Positions 21,422 through 30,319 of a stretch of 30,356 nt of DNA are shown piece after piece. The position numbers and the translations under genes were made by a program. Numbering within the stretch: the stretch's first letter is position 1; every line of letters begins with the position of its first letter. Below the pieces are notes generated by a model. It did no database searches and was not told the DNA's origin. It saw nothing but the letters and a program-made list of their open reading frames with translations. The stretch is from an uncultured Chroococcidiopsis sp. (GTDB taxonomy: Bacteria > Cyanobacteriota > Cyanobacteriia > Cyanobacteriales > Chroococcidiopsidaceae): assembly GCA_964248365.1 (NCBI GenBank), contig CAXTYC010000050.1:1-30356 (forward strand). The letters run 5' to 3'.

Positions 21422-21854
21422 TTGAGTAACAGGCTGTCCTTATGGAGCGATCGCCCCACAAGAATGCGCTTACTTCTCTTATGATTGTGCCGTCGAAGTG
21501 CAATTTATTATATTGTGTCGGCACTGCATACGGTTGCGTGACTGCACACGAGGAAAGTGTTTGACGAACACGGGGCTTGGTTGAAGGCATATTATTCATC
21601 CTGCGCTTGCACATTGACTATAATTAGCTCAAGATAAAGTCTTGAGCTAAACCTGAAAAATTTAAATGTGTTAGTCCTGTTTAGAGTGAATGAGTTTTGC
21701 CGGAATTTAAACTTTTATTAACAGGTCTTTCGCATTAACCATTTAGCTGCTATTATACTCTTAATCTAAGACTCCCAATTGGAGTTGTTCAATCTTCGTT
21801 CGATACAAGCGTTTAAAAGAAATAAGGGAGTGAGCAAGCTGTAACTTTCTTGTT

Positions 21855-21891
21855 GCTCCCAGACCTTTGACACCTTCCTGGTGCTACTAAT
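21855..21891 (+). CRISPR. Solitary degenerate CRISPR repeat-like unit upstream of cas6
   Basis: ACCTTTGACACC-ttcct-GGTG shares ACCTTTGACACC..GGTG with 27691-27726. Confidence 0.55.
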
Positions 21892-21917
21892 CACTTTAAG
21901 TCTTTCATTAATTAACT

Positions 21918-22571
21918 ATGTCTTCATTCGAGAGTTCAAAAAAACTTGCAGAACTTCAAGATGAGCCATTGGTGCAAGTTGATTTCCCCTTGGTAGCGGG
22001 AGACAGATTCAGTTCCCTGCACACTTACAGCAGTTACTCTGGCTTGAAATCAGAAGAACCTTGGATAGGAGAATGCCCCACAGTCCTGATTAACTCGATT
22101 GCTGGCATTTTGCTGCACAACAAGCAAATTGAGACTCACTGCAACTCTAAGCTTCAGCTGCGAGTACCGATTTCTTTTGCTAGCCGTCTCTATGCTCTAG
22201 CTGGGAAGAGGTTGAGCGTGGGGCAAGGGTCAATCTGCTTGCAAGCCCCTACCATTAGCCCTCTGCGTCCGAAGCGAAATCTTTACTCACGCTTAGTCGT
22301 GTTTCATCTGCGCGATTTCAAAGATGTAGTTCCACCACCAGATCGGTTTTTGGCAACTGCTCATCGTAAGTTAGAGGATCTGGGCGTTCGAGGCGAACTG
22401 TCTCTAGCCATGAGTCATGGCAAACTGGTGCGGCGCGTCGTTAAGGTTAAAGAGCGATTTATTGCAGGCTACGCCGTCGAGGTGAAAAGACTTTCTGAAA
22501 CAGATTCTTTAAAGCTGCAACAGTTTTCAATCGGTGGGAAGTTAAGAATGGGGGCTGGATGGTTTGAATAG
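21918..22571 (+). CDS. cas6: Cas6 (Myxan/Cmx6 type)
   Basis: C-terminal SLKLQQFSIGGKLRMGAGWF glycine-rich loop; first gene of the cas operon. Confidence 0.88.
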   Translation: MSSFESSKKLAELQDEPLVQVDFPLVAGDRFSSLHTYSSYSGLKSEEPWIGECPTVLINSIAGILLHNKQIETHCNSKLQLRVPISFASRLYALAGKRLSVGQGSICLQAPTISPLRPKRNLYSRLVVFHLRDFKDVVPPPDRFLATAHRKLEDLGVRGELSLAMSHGKLVRRVVKVKERFIAGYAVEVKRLSETDSLKLQQFSIGGKLRMGAGWFE

Positions 22572-24981
22572 GAATATTCTTTTAGCTAAATCCATTACCG
22601 AGGAATATAGCCTAGCCGACTTGTGGGCGATGCGACTGCCTGGACATCTGGAACTGGGGGTACTTGCGGCGAAGGAATTGGAAGCGATCGCGCCAACAAT
22701 TTGTAGAGTTCTCAAACTGGATTGCACTCCCTCTGAACTCGTTACCGCAGTCAAGCTGGCAATCTGGCTCCACGATTGGGGCAAGGTAAACATTGACTTT
22801 CTGGCACTAGTCGAGGACAAGTCTAACAAGTACCTGCTGAAGAAATTGGGGATTGATGAACCCCTAACCCCCAAAGCAAAACAGACAATCCGACATGAAT
22901 TGCTCAGTTGCGTACTAGTGCAGAATCATCCAGTTACAAAATGGCTCCAACCTTACGCTAAACTCTTGCCGTTGGCACTACTGGGGGTATTGGGACATCA
23001 TCTGAAAGCAGATCACCCTGACTATTTCAACTTAGAAGGAGCCACTTGTCTGAAGCTGTTTACGAAAACAGATGACTTCAAGCAAGTCTTGCAGTTAGGA
23101 GTTAATTATTTTGAATTAAGTGAAAACCTTCCAACACTGCCCACTAAATACAAAGCAGAAACTTTGCAACAGCAATGTGACAAATTTCGGGATTGGGCAA
23201 ATGAAGTTGATAGTAAATGCAGGAATGACTTTGACAAACTGCGAAAAATCGCAACGGTCAAAGCACTAACAATGGCGTGTGACTTAGCAGCTTCAGCATT
23301 GCTAGAAAAACACCGAGGAAACCGGAATTACACCCAATGGATTCGGGAAGCGCTTGATCAAATGATGACAGCAAAAGACTGTCAGGCTGTGATTGACAGC
23401 AAGTTGGATAGTAAAGAATTGCTGGACTTTCAAAAAAATGCAGCTAAATCTAAGGCTAGAGTGCTTATTGTCGTTGCGGGGTGTGGGGCAGGAAAAACTT
23501 TGATAGCTTATGCTCGTCTGAAGCATTTAGCCCAGGAGGAAGATTTAAAAGCAAAGCTGTTTTTCTGCTATCCAACTACATCCACTACAACGCAAGGATT
23601 CTTGGATTATGGAGTTAACGAAGTTGAGAATTCATTGCTAGTTCACAGCCGGGATTGGGTAGACCGGGAACTCCGAGGATTCAGTGAAATTTATGACGAG
23701 GACAAAGATGGAGAAGGTGATCGATTTCAAACCCGTGCTGAAGTATTGCGAATTTGGCACAGCAAGCTGATTTATTGCACTGCTCACACAGTTTTAGGGT
23801 TGCTGCAAAATTATCGCAAGGGACTGTATGGATTTCCAGCGATCGCTCAAGGTTTCTTTGTCTTTGACGAAATTCACGCTTACCCTCCTCAACTATTCGG
23901 AACACTGCTGGAATTTTTGAAGATTTTCCGCAACGCACCCATCGTGTTAATGACAGCATCACTGCCTCCCTCGCGGCAACAAGCTATTGAAGCAGCATTG
24001 GCTGAAAATGATGGGGAGAAGCCAGCCATTATCTATGGTCCTCCTGAAATCGAGAGCCTGAACCGCTATCGGTTACACCCGCATCCAAATGAAGGCGAGG
24101 AATTATGGCAAGCTGCGATCGCCGAACTGGAGCGAGGTGGTAAAGTTCTTTGGGTCACAAATGAAGTTTATGATTGTCAAAGACTCTACACGGAAGCTAA
24201 AAACCGATTGGCAAGAGCAGGGCTGAAAATTGCCCCTATTTGCTTCCATTCTAGGTTCCGATATCAGAATTCAATTGCTCAGCAAAATCGACTAGTAGAG
24301 GCATTTAGAGGTGATGAGCCTGCATTCGCCTTAACTACTCAAATTGCTGAAATGTCGCTAGATATGAGTTGCACCTTATTGATCTCCGCCCTTGCTCCTC
24401 TGTGGGCGTTAATTCAACGCTTAGGAAGGCTCAATCGTTGGGTTGAGTTGGTAAAAGGCAAGTATCAACTGAAAACTCGTAGAGTTTGCGATGCCTTAAT
24501 TTATCCTTGGACAAAACAAACGCCCTATTCTCGTCCAGAAGATATTCGAGGTATAGAAGCGACCCAGCAATTTTTGGAACGATACGCAGGTCAAGAAATC
24601 AATCAACAATGTTTAGCACAAGTGATGGCAGAACTGGAAACGGGTCAGATCGAATCAGTCAAGGCGAAGTGGCTCCAGACATGGTTGACTCAGCAGGAAA
24701 AACTGATGGAACCAGGGTACACGATTCAAGTAATTCTCGAATCTGACGTTCCTAAAATCTGGGAGGCAGTCAAAGCTAATCCTAGTGTAAAACCTGCTCA
24801 AGAGGCACAGAAGTGGGCAGTTTCAGTGCGAATTCCAAAAAACCTTGAGGAGTGGAAGCGTGAAAAACCTTTTAAGTTTTACCGGATTGCTCCTACTCAA
24901 GATATTTACTATCACCCAGAAATTGGAGCTTATGAAACCAAGTACCGAGATTTAGTAGATAGCTACGGGCATCATCCATAA
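22564..24981 (+). CDS. cas3: Cas3 HD nuclease-helicase
   Basis: LHDWGK, RHE, GHH, AGCGAGKT, FDEIHAY, MTAS, HSRF and QRLGRLNR. Confidence 0.95.
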   Translation: MNRNILLAKSITEEYSLADLWAMRLPGHLELGVLAAKELEAIAPTICRVLKLDCTPSELVTAVKLAIWLHDWGKVNIDFLALVEDKSNKYLLKKLGIDEPLTPKAKQTIRHELLSCVLVQNHPVTKWLQPYAKLLPLALLGVLGHHLKADHPDYFNLEGATCLKLFTKTDDFKQVLQLGVNYFELSENLPTLPTKYKAETLQQQCDKFRDWANEVDSKCRNDFDKLRKIATVKALTMACDLAASALLEKHRGNRNYTQWIREALDQMMTAKDCQAVIDSKLDSKELLDFQKNAAKSKARVLIVVAGCGAGKTLIAYARLKHLAQEEDLKAKLFFCYPTTSTTTQGFLDYGVNEVENSLLVHSRDWVDRELRGFSEIYDEDKDGEGDRFQTRAEVLRIWHSKLIYCTAHTVLGLLQNYRKGLYGFPAIAQGFFVFDEIHAYPPQLFGTLLEFLKIFRNAPIVLMTASLPPSRQQAIEAALAENDGEKPAIIYGPPEIESLNRYRLHPHPNEGEELWQAAIAELERGGKVLWVTNEVYDCQRLYTEAKNRLARAGLKIAPICFHSRFRYQNSIAQQNRLVEAFRGDEPAFALTTQIAEMSLDMSCTLLISALAPLWALIQRLGRLNRWVELVKGKYQLKTRRVCDALIYPWTKQTPYSRPEDIRGIEATQQFLERYAGQEINQQCLAQVMAELETGQIESVKAKWLQTWLTQQEKLMEPGYTIQVILESDVPKIWEAVKANPSVKPAQEAQKWAVSVRIPKNLEEWKREKPFKFYRIAPTQDIYYHPEIGAYETKYRDLVDSYGHHP

Positions 24982-25045
24982 AAACTAGCTCAAGAGCTTG
25001 AACGCACAAAATATCTAACAGATTACTTTCTTTTCTGTTTAAAAA

Positions 25046-26671
25046 ATGGATATCAGCATTAATCTTTGGGATTTACCTACAGCTTTACATCGAGCGGGAC
25101 TAGCAGGACTTTACTTTACTCTGTCTCAAATGCACCAGTTAAATGGTGAATTAATTAAATGGACTATGTCTCATACTTCTATTACATTGCAGGGGAATTG
25201 TTCAGATAAAGAAGCAATCAATTGGCTTTTAAGCCGCACTTACCTACTAGGTTCTAATGGGTTAATTAAAATTACAGTTTTGGGAGATATAATTGAAGAA
25301 CAAGTTAATTTTCATCAAGGCGTAACAGGAACATTAATTTTTCATCCTTTAGTAGTAAAGTCAAAAAGAGGGATAGTTATTGAACCTGTTGAAATAGATG
25401 AAAAAGTTTTGGAATTTAAGTATAAGGCTCTTGACTATTACCCTCATCAAGACTTAAAATCAATTAAAGCTTTCGATCAAAAAGGAAACTTTAAATCTTC
25501 CATCAAGATTACAAGTTGGCTTTATCCTGGTGGCAGTGAATTGCACTTTGCTTTGAGCGGACAAACAAAGCTGGAGGAGCCGCCAGAGGGAGTTATAGCC
25601 TTAGCTTTTGCGCCAATCGCCTGTAGTTACTATAAAATTCGTTCGCGGCTAAAGCAGGACAAATACCTGTGGGCGTTGGTAATTCCAGAAGTGGAGAATT
25701 TGGAAGCGTTTGCACAAGCAAAACAGCAAGCAGCAGCCCAAACTGTTCGGTTTGATAAATACTACGCTTCTGGGCTGTCAGATGCCTCATTGCGCGACTT
25801 AACCCGATTAGCGGCAGGTAAAGCAACGCGATCACTTCCCGTTAAAGCTTGTGAAGTTTGGGCATTCGGTTCTCGCCCTTGGTCAAAACAGCCAGTAATT
25901 ACAGACAAGCAGCGAGTAGAAATTAACTCAAACCTGAGAAAGCTCTATCTACTTTGCGATCAACACCTCAAAGGAGGAATCAAAGTTGGTAAAAACGGAA
26001 CATTTGTTTCTGTCTCATTTGGTCGAGAAATTGCTACTGAAAACATGACAAAGGGACAGCATTGGTATGCTAACTTGCATAGAGTTTTATCTTTGTCAAA
26101 AGACTCTTTTGAGGTTTTAAGCTACGAAAACAGGTTATTACAAGGAATGAAAGAAGCGACGATTGAAAATGGCTATGTTTCGCCAAATGCAACACGGTTC
26201 TGTGATGGAATTTCTTGGATTTATAAAGGGCTTCTCCAGCAAGCGGCATCTATTAGCACATCAGGAAAGCCTAATTACAAGCGAGTTAGGCAAGAATTAC
26301 AGATATCAATTCGCTCGGTCAGAACTCAAGAGCAATTCGTTCGATGGTTCACAGAATTAGTTAGCAAACCTGCTAATCGCAACAACCCATTTTGGGAAGA
26401 AATGGATCTAGGAGAGTTTTACCAATGGGTAGTCGCACATTGGGAAGAATGCTTAAGTTTAACAGCTTTGGCGATTTTGACTTACAAAAATCCTTGGAAA
26501 GTGGAACGCACTCGCAATTTGTTGATTCAAAAGGGATGGAAACCTTCATTAAAAAACAGCGAAGAATATAAAGCAAGTGAAGAAGCTGAAGAGGATTTCG
26601 AGGAAGAAGAGGATTTTGAGGAAGAAACAGAAGACAAAGCCCAAACAGGCAATATTTCTACAGATATTTAA
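25046..26671 (+). CDS. cas8: Cas8 large subunit (Cmx8 / type I-B Myxan)
   Basis: LHRAGLAGL, WLYPGG..H and ALAFAPIAC motifs; lies between cas3 and cas7. Confidence 0.88.
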   Translation: MDISINLWDLPTALHRAGLAGLYFTLSQMHQLNGELIKWTMSHTSITLQGNCSDKEAINWLLSRTYLLGSNGLIKITVLGDIIEEQVNFHQGVTGTLIFHPLVVKSKRGIVIEPVEIDEKVLEFKYKALDYYPHQDLKSIKAFDQKGNFKSSIKITSWLYPGGSELHFALSGQTKLEEPPEGVIALAFAPIACSYYKIRSRLKQDKYLWALVIPEVENLEAFAQAKQQAAAQTVRFDKYYASGLSDASLRDLTRLAAGKATRSLPVKACEVWAFGSRPWSKQPVITDKQRVEINSNLRKLYLLCDQHLKGGIKVGKNGTFVSVSFGREIATENMTKGQHWYANLHRVLSLSKDSFEVLSYENRLLQGMKEATIENGYVSPNATRFCDGISWIYKGLLQQAASISTSGKPNYKRVRQELQISIRSVRTQEQFVRWFTELVSKPANRNNPFWEEMDLGEFYQWVVAHWEECLSLTALAILTYKNPWKVERTRNLLIQKGWKPSLKNSEEYKASEEAEEDFEEEEDFEEETEDKAQTGNISTDI

Positions 26672-26728
26672 TTTTTCTTAATCTTTGACTTTCTTTTAGG
26701 AGAAAAGGAAAATTTTTGAGGTTTAAAC

Positions 26729-27646
26729 ATGACTTACCATTTATTCGCAAACTTAATTACATATCAAGGCATTGCTGCTAATAATCGAGGAGAAACTGAG
26801 GGCAACCGAACCACATTACCTAAAGTGTTCTGGAACGAACGACTTCATGTTTGTGCATCTGCTGAAGCGATTCGCTGGGCAATTCGTTACTTCTGGCAAA
26901 CAGAGGGGTTAGAAGTTAATCGAGTCTGGAATGAAACGACCCAAACCAACGAATTTAAAGATTCAAAATTCAATCCAGAAATTTACATTGATGACGATGT
27001 TTTGGGTTATATGATTGCTCGTGCTGGGAAGGGTGGTGATGTCAGCAAGCGACGGGGCGCTTTGGAAGTCACTCGTGCTGTTAGTCTTGAGTCTGCTGAT
27101 AAGATTCAGATAACCTTCAATTCCAAAAGCGGTGACAAGGGCAAGAAGGGGTCAAAAGATGAAAGTGCCGAAAGCACCCGCACCTCAATTTACAGCACTG
27201 AAATGATTACCACTCGCTTTCAGTGGGGACTAGCAATTACCCCGCAGCGCTTAGTTGTTCCAGAGCGGGCTATCCATGTTGCCCAAGCGGTAACAAAGTT
27301 ATCTAACGTTGGTGGCAATCATGCTCGATTTTTGTACGATTTTTCACCCGAATCTGCTATTTTTCGGTGGACTCATCACCCAGTTCCACAGTTTCTCTAT
27401 TGCTTTAAACAGCCTGGGGCTGATACTCTCACAGCACCACGACTGGTGCAGTTGGTAGAGTGCGAAGAGATCCCCCCTGAAGAGATTTGGATTTTAGGTG
27501 GATATGCCTTTACAGAAGAAGCAGAAGCTTTGGCAAAAAAAGGAGCTAAAATCTACCCCAGCCTGCGTAAGGGAATTAAAGCTCTGAGTGCCCAAATCTC
27601 TACCGACTTGGGTTTTGCACCTTCCAGGGTAAAGACTGCCAGGTAA
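26729..27646 (+). CDS. cas7: Cas7 (Cst2/DevR)
   Basis: AANNRGETEGNRTTL, SAEAIRWAIR, YIDDDVLGYM and GGNHARFLYDFSP. Confidence 0.93.
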   Translation: MTYHLFANLITYQGIAANNRGETEGNRTTLPKVFWNERLHVCASAEAIRWAIRYFWQTEGLEVNRVWNETTQTNEFKDSKFNPEIYIDDDVLGYMIARAGKGGDVSKRRGALEVTRAVSLESADKIQITFNSKSGDKGKKGSKDESAESTRTSIYSTEMITTRFQWGLAITPQRLVVPERAIHVAQAVTKLSNVGGNHARFLYDFSPESAIFRWTHHPVPQFLYCFKQPGADTLTAPRLVQLVECEEIPPEEIWILGGYAFTEEAEALAKKGAKIYPSLRKGIKALSAQISTDLGFAPSRVKTAR

Positions 27647-27690
27647 GATAGGCTGTCAGCTTCGATCTAACAGAATTCCTACAACTTGAT

Positions 27691-27726
27691 ATTTCCTAAC
27701 CTTTGACACCTATCGGTGATGCTTTG
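27691..27726 (+). CRISPR. Solitary degenerate CRISPR repeat between cas7 and cas5
   Basis: ATTTCCTAACCTTTGACACCTATCGGTGATGCTTTG; the first 16 nt match the mini-array repeats at 15/16 positions and the stem shows compensatory changes. Confidence 0.7.
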
Positions 27727-27747
27727 AATTAATTTTGAGGTTCTGTT

Positions 27748-28344
27748 GTGATTTTTGTGCAAATTTCTGCACCTTTTGCCAGCTTTAAACACTCTTACTC
27801 GCGGGAATACGGCGATACATATCCTGTTCCTACTCCAGCAACACTTTACGGTTGCCTGCTCTCTTTGGTGGGGGAAACTGACTTGAAAGTTCACCGAGGG
27901 GTAAGGGTGGCGATCGCTCTTTTGTCCGAACCCCAAACAGCAACGGTGTTGAGAACTGTGCGTCGGTTAAAGAGCAAGGATATCAATGCCCGTGATAATT
28001 CCAGACCGGACTATCAATCAATACTATGTGGTTTAGAGATTGTGATGGGAATTGATTCTAGCTTTGATGCAGCTAACTTAGAAGAACGAGTGCGTCAGGC
28101 AGTGCTACACCCTGAGACTGTCGAGCGGTTTGGAGGTTGGAGCTTGGGCGAAAGCCGAGATTTGATTGATGATGTGAAAATTATACCAAATTTACCTTCA
28201 AAAGCAAGGTGGTTGGTTAAAGACAATCAGGGCAGGTTTAACTTGCCTTTGGTTGTAGATTATTTGGGAAGCAAGGGAACGCAAAAGCAGAAGTTCAGTT
28301 TGGGTGATTTTTGTGAAGATGCTTTTGTAGATCTCTACGTATAA
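27748..28344 (+). CDS. cas5: Cas5 (Cmx5/DevS)
   Basis: APFASFKHSYSREYGDTYPVPTPATLYGCLLSLVGE and RFGGWSLGESRDLID. Confidence 0.93.
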   Translation: MIFVQISAPFASFKHSYSREYGDTYPVPTPATLYGCLLSLVGETDLKVHRGVRVAIALLSEPQTATVLRTVRRLKSKDINARDNSRPDYQSILCGLEIVMGIDSSFDAANLEERVRQAVLHPETVERFGGWSLGESRDLIDDVKIIPNLPSKARWLVKDNQGRFNLPLVVDYLGSKGTQKQKFSLGDFCEDAFVDLYV

Positions 28345-28355
28345 GGAGGGCGGAT

Positions 28356-28487
28356 ATGAAATCTTGGATACCCAAAGGCGAGGACCAACTAGTAAAGCCA
28401 TACTCAGCATCCTTAATAAATCATTTTCTAACCTTTGATATCATAGGCGTTGCTCACTTGTGCAAGGTGGTACTTTACCTACGATGA
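28356..28487 (+). CDS. Putative 43-aa micro-ORF with a perfect Shine-Dalgarno
   Basis: TAAGGAGG-gcggat-ATG; MKSWIPKGEDQLVKPYSASLINHFLTFDIIGVAHLCKVVLYLR*; overlaps the mini-array. Confidence 0.35.
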   Translation: MKSWIPKGEDQLVKPYSASLINHFLTFDIIGVAHLCKVVLYLR

Positions 28488-28531
28488 GCGAATGGATTTC
28501 CTAATCTTTGATGCCCACAGGCGTGTATCAA
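28423..28531 (+). CRISPR. Mini-array: two divergent repeats and one ~38-nt spacer
   Basis: ATTTTCTAACCTTTGATATCATAGGCGTTGCTCAC - TTGTGCAAGGTGGTACTTTACCTACGATGAGCGAATGG - ATTTCCTAATCTTTGATGCCCACAGGCGTGTATCAA; repeats resemble the Myxan-type GATGCC-N4-GGCGTTGAGCAC. Confidence 0.8.
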
Positions 28532-28549
28532 TTCTCATGGACATCTATC

Positions 28550-30217
28550 ATGCAATCATCTACTTCTAATTATTCATTGGAAAAACGCGATACTATTCGT
28601 GTTTCTGCCTTACACGCTCTTGCCTACTGCCCTCGCCTCTTCTATCTAGAAGAAGTAGAAGAACTCTATACCCAAGACGCAGCGGTCTTTGCCGGAAGAA
28701 GACTACACGCTGAGCTTGAAAAAGCGGAGAAAGAGGAGTGGGAAGACCTTTACCTCGAAAGCAAAGAATTGGGTTTACGCGGTCGAATGGATGCTCTACG
28801 CACTCGTGACGGGCAAATTATCCCCTATGAACACAAACGGGGTCGCTGCCAGCGGGACTCTCACAACCAGCCACAAGCCTGGGAAAGCGATCGCCTACAG
28901 ATCCTCGCCTACGCCTGTTTGCTTGAATCTGCTGTTGGTACTACTGTTGGTGAAGGTCGAATTCGTTACCATGCTGATAACGTGTTGGTTCGTGTCCCTG
29001 TGGATGACACAGGACGTGCGGCAGTCAAAGCTGCTGTAGAACAGGCACAATTACTTCGGCAGTCTACTTCTCGCCCACCTGTTACAGACAATGAGCGTCT
29101 ATGCGTCCGTTGTTCCCTTGCCCCAGTGTGCTTGCCAGAAGAAGCGCGATTAGCTCATGACCGCTCCTGGCAACCAGTACGCCTGTTTCCTAAAGATGAC
29201 GAGCGACAGGTGATTCATATCCTAGAGCCAGGGACTACAGTTGGTAGAACTGGAGAGCAGATCAAAATTGCCCGTCGCAGTCAACCTGTTGAAACTATTC
29301 CAGCACATCAGGTAGGACAACTAGTGCTACACAGCTTTGCTCAAATTTCCACTCAGGCGCTATATTTCTGTACTGATAAAGACATTGGGGTACATTTCAT
29401 TTCAGGTGGAGGACGATATTTAGGTAGTTTCGATCCGAAAAGGGGCAGTATTCAACGCCGGATTCGTCAGTATGCTGCTTTGAGTGATTCCAATACCTGC
29501 CTGACGTTGGCGCGAAAGTTAGTAAGTTGTCGTGGACAAGGACAACGCAAGTTCTTGATGCGAGGTCAGCGAGGTATGAAGGAAGTGCCAGAACACCTCA
29601 AAGAGGTGATCGCGCAGATGCAACGGCTACTCAAACAAATTCCCCATGTCAAATCTTTGGATTCACTACTGGGACTAGAGGGTAACTTGGCAGCTTTGTA
29701 TTTTGGTGCGCTACCTTACCTGATTTCCCAGACAGTTTCCTCAAAGTTGTATTTTAGTGGTCGCAATCGTCGTCCGCCCCGCGATCGCTTCAATGCTTTA
29801 TTGAGCTTCGGATATGCCTTACTGTTTAAGGATGTAATGAATGCCATCTTAACTGTAGGATTAGAACCTGCATTAGGTTTTTACCATCAGCCTCGTTCAC
29901 AGGCACACCCACTGGCACTAGATCTACTCGAAATCTTTAGAGTGCCAATGGTAGATATGATAGTCATTGCCTCAATTAATCGAGGTCAATGGGATGTGCA
30001 AGCCGATTTTCATGTTCTCAAAGAGCAGGTTTGGTTGAGTGAGCTTGGAAAGCGCAAGCTTATTGGCTTGTACGAACATCGCAAGGAAGAGAGTTGGAAG
30101 CATCCTGCTACTGGTTATTCTCTCACCTATCGTCGTTTATTTGAACTGGAGGTGCGGTTACTGGAAAAGGAATGGAGCGGTGAAGCTGGTTTATTCGGTC
30201 AACTAGTGCTAAGGTAA
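28550..30217 (+). CDS. cas4-cas1: Cas4-Cas1 fusion
   Basis: YCPRLFY...CVRCSLAPVC Fe-S cysteines, then Cas1 motifs GLEG, RRPPRDRFNALLSFGY, GFYH and LDLLEIFR. Confidence 0.95.
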   Translation: MQSSTSNYSLEKRDTIRVSALHALAYCPRLFYLEEVEELYTQDAAVFAGRRLHAELEKAEKEEWEDLYLESKELGLRGRMDALRTRDGQIIPYEHKRGRCQRDSHNQPQAWESDRLQILAYACLLESAVGTTVGEGRIRYHADNVLVRVPVDDTGRAAVKAAVEQAQLLRQSTSRPPVTDNERLCVRCSLAPVCLPEEARLAHDRSWQPVRLFPKDDERQVIHILEPGTTVGRTGEQIKIARRSQPVETIPAHQVGQLVLHSFAQISTQALYFCTDKDIGVHFISGGGRYLGSFDPKRGSIQRRIRQYAALSDSNTCLTLARKLVSCRGQGQRKFLMRGQRGMKEVPEHLKEVIAQMQRLLKQIPHVKSLDSLLGLEGNLAALYFGALPYLISQTVSSKLYFSGRNRRPPRDRFNALLSFGYALLFKDVMNAILTVGLEPALGFYHQPRSQAHPLALDLLEIFRVPMVDMIVIASINRGQWDVQADFHVLKEQVWLSELGKRKLIGLYEHRKEESWKHPATGYSLTYRRLFELEVRLLEKEWSGEAGLFGQLVLR

Positions 30218-30226
30218 GGTTTGACA

Positions 30227-30319
30227 ATGGCTGAGACGAAAAATTTGTACTTAATCTGCTACGATATACGCGATTCCAAACGTTGGCGCAAGGCTTACGA
30301 ACCAATACTTCTTGGTTAA
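30227..30319 (+). pseudogene. cas2: Cas2 N-terminus, interrupted
   Basis: MAETKNLYLICYDIRDSKRWRKAY, then unrelated sequence and a stop after 30 codons. Confidence 0.85.

Noticed and set aside
21408..21614. 68-aa ORF divergent from cas6 as a regulator or toxin
   Set aside because: No recognisable motif or RBS; cannot be supported.
21918..28344. CRISPR-associated transposon (type I-B CAST)
   Set aside because: An intact cas3 and cas4-cas1 are present, and there is no tnsABC or tniQ in the window.
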